Assembly (NCBI GenBank): GCA_026991575.1
Contig: JALXBF010000065.1
Span: forward strand, 124,001 to 152,120
Reading direction: 5' to 3'
DNA length: 28,120 bases
Source: Planctomycetota bacterium
GTDB lineage: Bacteria > Planctomycetota > Planctomycetia > JALXBF01
Positions 17,843 to 28,000 of the stretch are shown piece after piece. Each line of letters begins with the position of its first letter. The stretch's first letter is position 1. The notes under the pieces are model-generated. The model did not search any database. It saw only the letters and a list, made by a program, of their open reading frames with translations, and had not been told where the DNA came from. The position numbers and the translations under genes are program-made.

Positions 17843-19183
17843 ATGAAACCTGAGGCGAAGACCACAGTGACTCGGGGAACCGGGCTGAGCCGGCGTCGGT
17901 TCCTGAAGCAATCGGTGGCAGCAGGCGCTGCCGTCGCACTGGCCGCACCAGCCATTCGGCTGAGCCACGGCTCGCCGAACGAAAAGCTCAACATTGCCGT
18001 CATCGGTGTTGCCAACCGCGGCGCGGGGAATCTGGCGGGCGTCGCCAGCGAAAACATCGTTGCGTTGTGTGACGTCGACGAGAACTACCTGAACCGGGCC
18101 GCGCAAAAGTTCCCCAAGGCGGACAAGTACCGTGACTTCCGCCGAATCATGGACCGCAACGACATCGACGCGGTCGTGATCAGCACGCCAGACCACGTCC
18201 ATGCGATGGCCACGGTCTGGGCGCTTCGCTCTGGCAAACACGTCTACTGCGAAAAACCGTTGACCCACACCGTCTACGAAGCGCGTTACGTGCAGAAGGT
18301 GACGGCCGAGGAGAAGAAGGTCACACAGATCGGGACCCAGATTCACGCCGGGAACAACTACCGACGGGTGGTCGAACTGATCAAGACCGGCGCGATTGGA
18401 ACGGTGCGCGAGGTGCACCTGTGGGTGGGCAAAAGCCACGGAGGCAAGCCGCGTCCGACCGGGAAGCACAAGCCGCCTGCCCACCTGGACTGGGACCTCT
18501 GGGTCGGCCCGGCACCGCAGACCCCCTACCATCCGATCTACCACCCGGCTCGCTGGCGCGGCTACTGGCGATTCGGCGAAGGGACTCTGGGTGACATGGG
18601 CTGCCATTACCTGGACCTCGTGCACTGGGCACTGGACCTGACCGCTCCGGTGCGCGTGCGTGCCGAAGGACCGCCGGTCGATCCCGTCTGTGCCCCTCGG
18701 TGGATGATCGTCAATTACGAGTACCCCGCACGAGGTGACCAGCCGGCTGTGAGCGTGACCTGGTATGACGGCGGCAAGCGACCGGAGTTCTTCCGCGAAC
18801 GGCCCGACGTGAAGTGGGGCGATGGCGTGCTGTTCGTGGGCGACAAGGGTATGCTACTAGCTAGCTACACGTCGTACCGCCTGTTCCCGGAGGAGAAGTT
18901 CAAGGATTTCAAGCCGCCCGAGCCGTTCATCCCGCCGTCCATCGGGCATCACCGCGAGTGGATCGAAGCGTGCAAGGGGCGGGGCAAGCCGCTGTGCCAC
19001 TTCGGCTACTCCGGCCCGCTGACCGAGGCTGTGCTGTTGGGGGTCGTGGCCTACCGAAGCGGCGAGGAGCTGGAGTGGGACGCAGAGAGTTTTCGCATCA
19101 AGAACTGCCCCGCCGCAGAAGAGTTCCTCCACCAACCCTATCGCAAAGGCTGGCAACTCGATCCGGCCGATCGGACCGCGTGA
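17843..19183 (+). CDS. Tat-exported Gfo/Idh/MocA family oxidoreductase, 446 aa
   Basis: GGAGG RBS at 17833-17837. Twin-arginine signal LSRRRFLK plus Ala-rich h-region, Rossmann IAVIGVANRG, STPDHVH, YCEKPL and GDMGCHYLD motifs. Confidence 0.93.
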   Translation: MKPEAKTTVTRGTGLSRRRFLKQSVAAGAAVALAAPAIRLSHGSPNEKLNIAVIGVANRGAGNLAGVASENIVALCDVDENYLNRAAQKFPKADKYRDFRRIMDRNDIDAVVISTPDHVHAMATVWALRSGKHVYCEKPLTHTVYEARYVQKVTAEEKKVTQIGTQIHAGNNYRRVVELIKTGAIGTVREVHLWVGKSHGGKPRPTGKHKPPAHLDWDLWVGPAPQTPYHPIYHPARWRGYWRFGEGTLGDMGCHYLDLVHWALDLTAPVRVRAEGPPVDPVCAPRWMIVNYEYPARGDQPAVSVTWYDGGKRPEFFRERPDVKWGDGVLFVGDKGMLLASYTSYRLFPEEKFKDFKPPEPFIPPSIGHHREWIEACKGRGKPLCHFGYSGPLTEAVLLGVVAYRSGEELEWDAESFRIKNCPAAEEFLHQPYRKGWQLDPADRTA

Positions 19184-19222
19184 CCGGACCCGAGCGCACG
19201 ACCAGAAGCCAACGGAATCTCA

Positions 19223-19247
19223 GGGCACGGAAGCCCGCTTTTCTTTT
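19223..19247 (+). terminator. Weak candidate intrinsic terminator after the oxidoreductase
   Basis: Short GGGC/GCCC stem followed by GCTTTTCTTTT. The stem is only 4 bp. Confidence 0.3.
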
Positions 19248-19308
19248 CAATTTGATCGCGTGCTCTCCCTCATACCGCGGCCTCTTGCAAATAGGTAACG
19301 CGCGCCTG

Positions 19309-19346
19309 ACTGTGAGGTCCACTTTCTGGACGAAGCTGCTCACAGT
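19309..19346. promoter_or_regulatory. Nested inverted repeats (operator-like) over the defence-operon promoter
   Basis: ACTGTGAG (19309-19316) / CTCACAGT (19339-19346) enclose GTCCA-N5-TGGAC (19317-19331). Confidence 0.5.
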
Positions 19347-19355
19347 TGTTATCAT
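19327..19355 (+). promoter_or_regulatory. Putative sigma70 promoter of the defence operon
   Basis: TGGACG-17 nt-TATCAT with an extended -10 TG (TGtTATCAT). Confidence 0.6.
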
Positions 19356-19432
19356 CTTCCTCTGATTCCTGGGTCGTGCCGCATGGAGTGGTCGCAGTCT
19401 TGGAGGGAACGGTCAATTCGGAGGTGCGGCTA

Positions 19433-22400
19433 GTGGCGCGGGTCCACGTCCAAACCGATCGGCTCACTCCTGGCGAGCACCTGGTGCGCGAGCGGCTGGA
19501 GCGGGACCTGCCCGACGAGGGCTGGGACGTCTTCGTAGGCCGGTTGCTGCCGACCCCGGACGGTGGGTCACGCGAATTCGACTTCATCGTCATCGGACCC
19601 CATGCCGTGTTCGTCCTGGAGGACAAGCACTGGCACGGGCGTGTCTTCGGTACCGACCGCTATTGGATGGTAGCCAGCGGGGAATCGCGCCCCAGTCCGA
19701 TCAACCAGGTCGACCGCTGCGCGAAGCACCTGGCCGGCGTGTTGCGCCGCGAAATCGTGCGGCTTTCCCAGCACTTCGTATTCCCGTACGTCGTCCTTTC
19801 GGCGGAGGATGTTCAGCTCAGCGTACACGACCCGCGGGTCAAAACGATGGTGTGCCGCTTGTCGGAATTGGTGGCCACGTTGAAAGCGCGCGACCGCGAG
19901 TTGGATCCTGGCATCGCGACAGTGCGGCACCGGATCGTCGATTACCTGCTGGCCCGGCCCCAGCGGCCGAAGGTTCCGGCGAAGGTGAATGCCTACGAGG
20001 TCAGGTACAAGCTTGGCGCCATCGGCCCTATCCTCCTGCTGGACGCAGTTCACGGGCAGGACCGCTACATCCTGAAGCTCGTTCCTGCTGCCCAGCGGGA
20101 GGACATGCTCCGCGAGTACGAGGTCCTGCACCTGCTGCAAGAACGCTGTGGTGAGTACGTGCCCAGGGTGGCGCCGTACATCGAGTGGAGCGACGGCGAG
20201 TACTTGGTAATCCCGATTCGCTACCCTGAGGGCCGGACGATTCGGACGTTGCGTGGCGAGCAGGAACCGACGCTCGGTGAGTTCGTGCGATTCGTGGCGA
20301 ACGCCTTCCGTGGCCTTGCTCTCATCCACGGCCAGGACGTTGTGCACCGCGCTATCAACCCAGATCACGTCTGGGTGGATGCTCGCTACAACGTCCAGTT
20401 CACGGACTTCATGGTCGCACGCTACATCTCGGAGCGAACGGTCGCACACCTGGTCGACGAGCTCAATCCGGAGGACCCGTACCGGGCGCCCGAATGCGCG
20501 GCTGCTCCCCAGATGGCTACACCAAAGTCCGACGTCTACAGCCTAGCGTTGACGGCGCTGTACCTGGCTACGGGTGCCGAGCCAGAACATGTGCTGGAGC
20601 GCGAGCCGGAAATCCTGAAACGGTTACCAGCCAAACTTGGGAATCTCCTGCGGCGTGCGTTGAACAAATCGCCGGCGGATCGACCCGCCGCCCGTGAGAT
20701 CGCCGAAGCGGCTACGGCGATTCTCGAGCCGGATACGCACATCACGACGGGTGACGTGCTGGAGGATCGCTACCTGATTGAGCGGCGGTTGGGCAGCGGC
20801 GGCACCGGCGAAACCTTCCTGGCGTACGACAGCACTGCTGAGCGGCTGGTTGTGCTGAAGCGCATCCGGACGAAGAGCCTGTATGACAAGGTTACCCTCA
20901 CTGAGCTTACCTTTGCTCAGAAGCCGCACAAGCACATCCGGCTGGTCTACGACATCTATCCATGGGAGCACCCCTTCCACCTCAAGATGCAGTACCTCGA
21001 CGGGCGACCGCTGTCGGAGCTGCGCCAGCAGTTCCTGGGTAACCTGGACCGCTGCCTCCGTTTCGCTGTTGAGCTGCTCGACACACTTGCTTACATGGAA
21101 CATGAGGGCATCCTGCATCGTGACATTAAGCCGGCCAACATCATCGCCGACGTGGACCGGCCCGAAGAGCAATTCTGGCTGATCGACTTTGGTATCGCCT
21201 CACTGGCTAAGGAAAGCAAGACTGTCATCGGCACGCCTGCGTACCAGCCGATCGAAGTGGATCGTGGCGAGCCGTTCCCTCCGTCCGGAGACCGTTATGC
21301 AGCGGCCGTGCTGCTGTTCCAGCTGTTCACCGGCCAGCTGCCGTTCCGCACGTTCCAGGACGGCCGCTACGACAAGCAGCGGTTTGCGGTCCTGCCGGAT
21401 GAGTACACGGACCCAGCCGCTCGGAACTTCCTGCGCGCGCTTTTGTGGGCGATGGACCCGGATCCGCAGAAACGACCTGCGTCGGCCGAGGAGCTGAAGA
21501 GGGAGCTTCTGGGCATTGCCATCGGTCCGCCATCGCAAGGCGAGCTGCTTGTCAACCCGACGGTGAACTGGATCCGCGCGGCCTATCGAAATAGTGCTCT
21601 GGGCAACGCGGAGAACCGGGGCTGGAGTAGTGAGTTTGCGCGCAAGACGTACGTGCCCACCGGGCTCGACCTCCAGCTACTGCCGGCTCTCCTTGAGGGC
21701 AAGTACCGCTGCGTGCTGCTATCGGGCAACCCAGGCGACGGCAAGACTGCCTTCTTGCAGAGACTGCTTGCAGAGCTGAAGTCAAGGGGGGCCACCGTAG
21801 CAAGCGAGGACCGCTACGGATGGGAAGCCAGCTGGCAGGGCCGCCGCTATCGAGCCGTGTACGATGCGTCAGAATCTCAGCGTGGGCGGTCGCCGGACGA
21901 TGTGCTCAAGGAGGTGCTTGCGCCCTGTCTGAATCGGAGCGACGACGCAAACTACACCGCTCTGATTGCCATCAACGACGGCCGCATGTTTGATTTCTTC
22001 GAGAGACATACCGAGTTTCTCCCTATCTGGCGCAGCATGAGCGACGAGGTGCCGGGTGAATACCTCCTGGTCGATCTGAAGCGGCGCTCGGTTGTACTTG
22101 CTGCCGACGGCCGACCGCCGTTCGTCCGCCGCTTGCTGGCCCACTGGACCGACCAACAGCTGTGGCAGGTATGCGAACGATGCAAAGCGCGGACGGCGTG
22201 TCCGATCAAGTACAACGTCGAGCACTTAAGGGTGGCTGACGAGCAGACGGAGCCGCCGGCACCGGTCGCTGCACTGGAACGGCTCCTGGCGGCAGTTCAT
22301 CTCCGGCGGGAGTTCCGTCCCACGATCCGCGACATTCGCTCGGCCCTGGCCTACACGTTGACCGCCGACTTGGGCTGCGAACAGGTCCATCGCTTCACCG

Positions 22401-23287
22401 AGCGCACGCCGCCCGAATGGCTTGACTTCGTGTACGTGAACACCGTCTTCGGCGCTCCAGGCGATGTAGATCCAATGGTCGAGCAGCTTCGTGCGGTGGA
22501 CCCGGCCACCGTGCCCCATCCGCGCCTAGACCGGTTCATCATGAGCCGGGCTACGGTCAATTTGGACGACGTACGCCGCATGCTGGCGGCTGATGGCCAT
22601 GGCGGGCTCGGGGAAACGGGAGCGTTCTGGCAGATCATGGAGCAGCTTTCGCGCAGTGCTGGCGAGCAGGACCAGCTGGAGCAGCTCCATCGGACGTGGA
22701 TCCGCTACCTGTACTTTGTCGGCAACGACGAGCGGCTCATGGATCTGGGCATTGACCGGCTCCGAGACCTGCTCCCCTATCGCTACCTCGACCTGTACCG
22801 GGATTTGCTGCGCCACGAAGTGGCCAGCGCGGAGACCCTGTTGAGACTGGCCAAAGGGATCGCTCACATGGATGGCCTCCCGGCTGAGGCGCTCTTCGAT
22901 CAGGGGACTGCGGTGGAAGGGTTTGCCTTCACACTGTCCAGAGCTGAGCATGGCGGGTTTGCGGTCGTGAAGCTGTTCCCGTTGAGCGAGTTTGAGCTGG
23001 TGGCGGGTGGAGTGGCCGACGAGGTGACCGACTCGGTCGTCGACGCATTGCTGCTGCGCCACACGAGCGGCGCGACACTGAAAGTGTCGCTCGACCTGTT
23101 GGAACTGGCGCTGCGCGCAGCGGAAGGCTACGTCATGAGTTTCGAAGAGGCGCAGCCATTCCTGCAGGAGTTGTCTGAGTTCAAGAGCCGCCTGCTCCTG
23201 CAGCGTGCTCGAGAGGTCTTGCTGGTGGAAGGTAGCAGCGTCCATAAGGCGGTCTTTGAGGATGACAAGCTGAAGCTGTTGGCCTGA
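19433..23287 (+). CDS. mad6: MAD6-like defence protein: NERD nuclease, pseudokinase, Ser/Thr kinase, P-loop/Zn (DptF/DndF-like) region; 1,284 aa
   Basis: GTG start at 19433 with GGAGG at 19420-19424 (the track start at 19346 is probably too early). NERD EFDFIVIGPHAVFVLEDK. Kinase 1 HRAINPDHV/DFM. Kinase 2 LGSGGTG, HRDIKPAN, DFG. Walker A GNPGDGKT, then IAINDGR and CERCKARTAC. The gene symbol is from architecture and context, not a search. Confidence 0.75.
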   Translation: MARVHVQTDRLTPGEHLVRERLERDLPDEGWDVFVGRLLPTPDGGSREFDFIVIGPHAVFVLEDKHWHGRVFGTDRYWMVASGESRPSPINQVDRCAKHLAGVLRREIVRLSQHFVFPYVVLSAEDVQLSVHDPRVKTMVCRLSELVATLKARDRELDPGIATVRHRIVDYLLARPQRPKVPAKVNAYEVRYKLGAIGPILLLDAVHGQDRYILKLVPAAQREDMLREYEVLHLLQERCGEYVPRVAPYIEWSDGEYLVIPIRYPEGRTIRTLRGEQEPTLGEFVRFVANAFRGLALIHGQDVVHRAINPDHVWVDARYNVQFTDFMVARYISERTVAHLVDELNPEDPYRAPECAAAPQMATPKSDVYSLALTALYLATGAEPEHVLEREPEILKRLPAKLGNLLRRALNKSPADRPAAREIAEAATAILEPDTHITTGDVLEDRYLIERRLGSGGTGETFLAYDSTAERLVVLKRIRTKSLYDKVTLTELTFAQKPHKHIRLVYDIYPWEHPFHLKMQYLDGRPLSELRQQFLGNLDRCLRFAVELLDTLAYMEHEGILHRDIKPANIIADVDRPEEQFWLIDFGIASLAKESKTVIGTPAYQPIEVDRGEPFPPSGDRYAAAVLLFQLFTGQLPFRTFQDGRYDKQRFAVLPDEYTDPAARNFLRALLWAMDPDPQKRPASAEELKRELLGIAIGPPSQGELLVNPTVNWIRAAYRNSALGNAENRGWSSEFARKTYVPTGLDLQLLPALLEGKYRCVLLSGNPGDGKTAFLQRLLAELKSRGATVASEDRYGWEASWQGRRYRAVYDASESQRGRSPDDVLKEVLAPCLNRSDDANYTALIAINDGRMFDFFERHTEFLPIWRSMSDEVPGEYLLVDLKRRSVVLAADGRPPFVRRLLAHWTDQQLWQVCERCKARTACPIKYNVEHLRVADEQTEPPAPVAALERLLAAVHLRREFRPTIRDIRSALAYTLTADLGCEQVHRFTERTPPEWLDFVYVNTVFGAPGDVDPMVEQLRAVDPATVPHPRLDRFIMSRATVNLDDVRRMLAADGHGGLGETGAFWQIMEQLSRSAGEQDQLEQLHRTWIRYLYFVGNDERLMDLGIDRLRDLLPYRYLDLYRDLLRHEVASAETLLRLAKGIAHMDGLPAEALFDQGTAVEGFAFTLSRAEHGGFAVVKLFPLSEFELVAGGVADEVTDSVVDALLLRHTSGATLKVSLDLLELALRAAEGYVMSFEEAQPFLQELSEFKSRLLLQRAREVLLVEGSSVHKAVFEDDKLKLLA

Positions 23288-23302
23288 GCCAGGGGGGGCG
23301 CC

Positions 23303-24973
23303 GTGGCGATCCGATTGCCGAAACGATTCCGCGGCTATGGCTGTCCGGTGCTGTTCGACGTCGAGTTGAACGACTTCGATCTCGAGGCAGCGCTACAGGG
23401 ATTGTTTTTCCGCGTGCGTAGCCGGGGCCGCACGTGGGTCGTGCCGAAGCGGCCCGAAGAGGTCAGCGAGTTGGTCAAGCCGCTGGTCCACGATCCTCAC
23501 CTGGAAGGATGGCACCGGGACGAGAACGGCAGGCGCTTGCTCGAGCAGTGGCTCAGGGTCGCCGTCCTGAAGGTCGGACGACGCGGACGCGCTCATCGCG
23601 GCGAGAAGGTGCAGTTCGTGCAACCGATCCACTATCTCGCAAGCAAGGCACCGTTTCGTTACAGCGGCTACCGACGCGTCCACCATTTCCTTTACGAGAC
23701 CCTCCGCGACGCGGTCACGGACCCGTCGCCGGAATCTTTCCTGCACCGGTTGTTCTTGCGTGCGTTCGGGCCCGGTGCCAGCTATGAGGACGGGCGCACC
23801 TACGACGGCCACTACGCCGACGGCAGTGAACTGGACATTGAGCAGGCACTTTTCCTTTTCTTTCTCGAGCACGTCCAGCCGGCGGGGGTGTCGCGCAGTG
23901 GTCATCGGGCCGAGCCACCGGCTTTGCCGAGGCACGCCGCCCAGATGGGGCGCGACCTGGTGTTGTTCCTGGAATCGTTCGCCGACCGGTTGCCCGCTCG
24001 GGCACTGACGCAGATGTTCCTTGCACTGATCAGTCTGCACCTGACCGCCTACACTCGCACCCTATGGGCTCAGTCCGAGAAGGCCCTGCCCGATCGGGTC
24101 TGGCCGCTGGCCGACGAGCCCGTGCCAGTGCCGGAGTGCTACCTGGACTTCACCGGTGACGGCTCGGGACTAAGCACACAGCTTGCAACGGACTCCTACC
24201 ATGAGGACCTGGACCGCATCCCTGCCTTCCTCAAGCTAGCCTTGCTGGTACGCCTGGCGGATGAGTATGCCCAGGATTTCGAGAGTGCTGTCTACGCCGA
24301 TCGCGACACGGATCGCCCTAGCTACCTGTTCAAGCTCCTGAAATCGACACGCACCTCTCAGTTCAACATGTGGGCATCGTTCGCGTGGCGCGACCTGGAG
24401 CAGCACGCTGACAGCGACGACCTGCCGCGGGAGCTTCTGGAGGAGACCAAGCAAAAATGGAGCCGTACCGGAGGTGATCACATCGAGAAGCTGGTGGGCT
24501 TTCTTTACGAGGTACAGCACCAACACGCTGCTCAGAACGCAACCCGCTGGCTGCGCAGCGCAACTGCCTTGAACCGTGACTATGGCTGTCTGGTCGGCAG
24601 CAAGGGGCCCGGCAGACGCTGGTACACGTTGAACCGCACTGCGCTGGCAGCAGCCGTTTACCTGGCCTCGGTTGCGCTCAAGCCGCCGGGCTCTGAGAGG
24701 CAGCGGGCACCGCAGCCCAGGCCATTCCGCCTGATGGACTTGCTCACGTTCCTTCGCCAACGGTTCGGGATCTGTATTGACCGACCGCCACGCCACCGCG
24801 ATTCTGCCGAGACCCGGCGGGCGGCACGTGAGAACCTGGGGGCGTTCAAGCGTACGCTGCGCCAGATGGGCTTCTTCGACGATATGTCCGACGACTTCAC
24901 CGCTCAATGGGTTTCCCTGCCAGGGCTAACCGAACCGATCCGCATGGGCTCCGGCAGCGGCAACACCGGCTGA
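23303..24973 (+). CDS. mad7: MAD7-like (DptG/DndG-position) defence protein, 556 aa
   Basis: GTG start 15 nt after the previous stop, with a G-rich RBS. N-terminal LFDVELNDFDLE and C-terminal FLRQRFGICID...FKRTLRQMGFFDDMSDDF resemble this family as I recall it. It sits between the kinase gene and the large third gene. Confidence 0.65.
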   Translation: MAIRLPKRFRGYGCPVLFDVELNDFDLEAALQGLFFRVRSRGRTWVVPKRPEEVSELVKPLVHDPHLEGWHRDENGRRLLEQWLRVAVLKVGRRGRAHRGEKVQFVQPIHYLASKAPFRYSGYRRVHHFLYETLRDAVTDPSPESFLHRLFLRAFGPGASYEDGRTYDGHYADGSELDIEQALFLFFLEHVQPAGVSRSGHRAEPPALPRHAAQMGRDLVLFLESFADRLPARALTQMFLALISLHLTAYTRTLWAQSEKALPDRVWPLADEPVPVPECYLDFTGDGSGLSTQLATDSYHEDLDRIPAFLKLALLVRLADEYAQDFESAVYADRDTDRPSYLFKLLKSTRTSQFNMWASFAWRDLEQHADSDDLPRELLEETKQKWSRTGGDHIEKLVGFLYEVQHQHAAQNATRWLRSATALNRDYGCLVGSKGPGRRWYTLNRTALAAAVYLASVALKPPGSERQRAPQPRPFRLMDLLTFLRQRFGICIDRPPRHRDSAETRRAARENLGAFKRTLRQMGFFDDMSDDFTAQWVSLPGLTEPIRMGSGSGNTG

Positions 24974-25007
24974 TGGGGACCGTGGTCGGCGAAGCAGGGG
25001 GAAGAGC

Positions 25008-28000
25008 ATGATCCGATCCGAGGTGCTTCGCGAACGGTTGGCCGAGGAGCTGGCGCGGACCCTGCGAACCGCCCAACTCGGTCACTGTATCCGCGTGGAC
25101 AATCTGGATTATGAGGATGCGAAAGACGTCTGCAGCAAGGTCCGTCAGCGGCTGACCGACCCCGCCGCGCAATGCTGGGTCCTCGTTACCGACCGCGCGC
25201 GTGCCGACGCGGTGGGCATTCTCCCGGAGCGGGCCGTAGAGCTCCGCAACGACGGGTCAAAGAAGCTGTGCTTGCTGGTGCCCACTGGCACCGTGCATGC
25301 CACGCTAGGATCATTGAACAACGCATTCGCGTCGTTCGATGTCGTTCGGTTCTTGCGGTGCCAACGTCGGGCGTTGCTGAAGCAGATTCGCGATGCCGAG
25401 TTGCGCGCCGTCTGCACAGCAGTCGAGAAGGAGACGCGACGCTATCGTTACGCTTCCGAAGACGACGTCGTCAGCTACCTGGCGGATATGGCCGCCAGCG
25501 GCTCGCTGCAGCAAGCGGGCCGCGAGCTGTGGCGTGTGGGTCTGGTTCCCGATCTACAGCCTGACGGGTTAGCCGCGCGCATCGCCACGAACCGCAAGGC
25601 TCTAACGCGCTTGCTCCGCGCCGGCCGTGCCGGATTGACCCTCGCCGAGCGGATTGCCGACTGCGGCTTGAGCGGGACGAAACTCGGAGAGCGGTTGGAA
25701 GACTTTCTTGAAGGCCAGCCGCTGCATGCGCCGCAGCAGTGGCTGCGCAAGATCGCCGATGAGCGACAGGACCTGTCCTTCGAGAAATGGCCGCTGCACG
25801 AAGGCGGTGAGGTGGAGTGGCTGGAGGTCGAGCCGTTCGTTGGAGCCGACGGCAAGGTTACCAAGTGTGGCCTGGCCCAGCCGGACGGCCAGCACGGGGC
25901 GCTGGTGGCAAGCCTGAAGCAGGCAGCAATTCAGGTGCGCTGGCGGGTTTCGCCGAGTATGCCCGCCGGGCTGGCACGGTGGTCGCTGGAGCTGGAAGTG
26001 CTCCAGGATGACCCGGACGACGACCTGGAGGGAGGCTACGACATCGAGTTGCCGAAGGCCTACGCCTTCGCAAAGGCACGCAAGAAGACGTTCAAGATCA
26101 AGGATCTGCCCCAGTCGTTGCGCGGTAAACAGGCAAGAATCGTCGTCACGGCACTCAACCCTCAAGGGGTCGAACTAAAACGACGCGACGGAGAGCCAGC
26201 GCGCGCGTACAGCCAGGAATTCTGGCTGGAAGAAACCGCCACCCCGCCGCCAGCACGTGAGCGCACCAGCGTCCGTGTTAACTTGCCGCTTGCGCGCATC
26301 GAGGCGATGCTCGATGCCAACGTGGCCTACCCGCAGGAGGAGGCCCTGACCTGGAACGGGACAGTGCCTACCAAGCTAAGCTGGCGCTACCCCAGAGTTG
26401 GCAAGTACGAACTGCTGGTGCCGCCGGTGCTGGCAGCGGCAGAGCTCACCGCACTGCAACGGCCCGAGGAGTGCCTGGCGTTCCGGCTGGTCGCGGACGC
26501 CGACGGCGAACCGGCCGAGGCCGACATGTTGGAGCCGATCGTTGCCGAGACCCTGTCATCGTCGCCTGAGGCAAGCAGCTTTCGCAGCGCACGACGTGAG
26601 GCGTTCCGGGTATTTTGCGGTTCGGACACCGGCCAGCCGCGGCCCGTAGCCGGCACGCTGCTGGAAGGTGAGCCGGCTTCGGCTATCCGTCGCTATGCCA
26701 GGGAGTACCGCAAGTTGCTGGCGGCCACGGCAGACCCGGCGGTACGTGCCGAGTTGCTGCGTCTGGACACCGTCGAGATCACGCTGTGTCGTGACGGACG
26801 CCGCCGCCAGGTCCTTGCCCTGCTGCCCACCCATCCGCTCAAGCTGCTCTGGTTGGCCGCCTACCACGAGCTCCTCGGGCAGTGGGCGAAGCGGTTGGCT
26901 GAGATCAAGAAAGCCTACCGCCGAAGCAGCCTGGTGGACCGCAGGCTGCTACGGCAGTTGAAGCCGATCTATGTGCCTTTTGCCCAGCGCGGCGCAAGCG
27001 GCGAGCTCTACCTTTTCGCCGCCCCCCTCGACTTCCACTACGCGCTCTACGCCCCGCTCAGTGAGCCGGATCCGCTGGGCCTCTGTGAGACCGTGGCAGC
27101 GACCCTAGGCGCCGACACCGGCCAGCTCATCGAGGATGAGCTTCCCGGACAGCTTGCACACCAGATCGAGCACTATCTGGCAACCCGACGTGGTTGCACG
27201 GCGCTACGGATTAACGTGTTGAACCCCGGTGCCGGCAGTCTACTCCGGGCGATGCTACAAGAGTTCGTGCGGGCCCGCGTGAAGCAGCAACAGCAGTGGC
27301 ACGCACCGCTGCCCCGCATCGAGTTGCTGCTGCATACGCAGGGCAGATCCCGCAAGCTGGTGGCAGCGATGCAGGAGTTGCAGGAGACGCTGTACAAGGA
27401 GTACGACAGCCCGGGCGGCTGCACTCACCTGGCACCATTCTTTTCGTTCGCCGTTCGCCCGCTCGCCTGGGTGCGCAACCTTCCTGGCGGCGCCGTGCAC
27501 TTGTGCTACGCGTTCCATCGAGCACGGCCGGCGTTGGTCGAGGCAGAACGGCTTGATGGCGAGGACAGCACGTCGCTCTACGGCATGGTGCTCAAACTCC
27601 TGCCGACACTCCAGTCTGCTGAGGATCGCGTCGTGTGGCAGCACAAGTTGGTCTTTCCGGCTGAGCCCGGCTGCGCCAACCATCCGGCACAGTCTCAGCT
27701 CACGGGCGAACTCTTGGCCTGCCACCGCGCACACCTGGCCTGCCTGATGGGCAAGCCGGTGCCGGAGCAGAACGAGGATTTCGCCGTTGGGGTCCGCGTC
27801 GAGCTGGGACCAGAAGAGCTTGCCGAACTTCACAAGGTCCACTCCGACTCGGACTGGGTCATCACCGTCGACCGGATGTGGAGTGTCGAGCTGTTCGATA
27901 GTCCGCGCGATGTGCACACCGCACCGTTCTTCGAACGCTACTTGCTCGACTACGCACCAGACCATGAAAGCGGGCTGGTTGGTACCAGACTCATAGTGAC

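Noticed and set aside
19311..19344. TGTGA...TCACA as a CRP site
   Set aside because: The half-sites are 24 nt apart instead of the canonical 6.
19184..19432. Mobile-element or att boundary at the left of the defence operon
   Set aside because: The stretch is locally more AT-rich, but no tRNA, integrase, transposase or terminal repeat is visible.
19433..23287. Calling the kinase gene pglW (BREX type 2)
   Set aside because: The C-terminal half is a P-loop/Cys domain, and the following genes do not look like pglX, pglY or pglZ.
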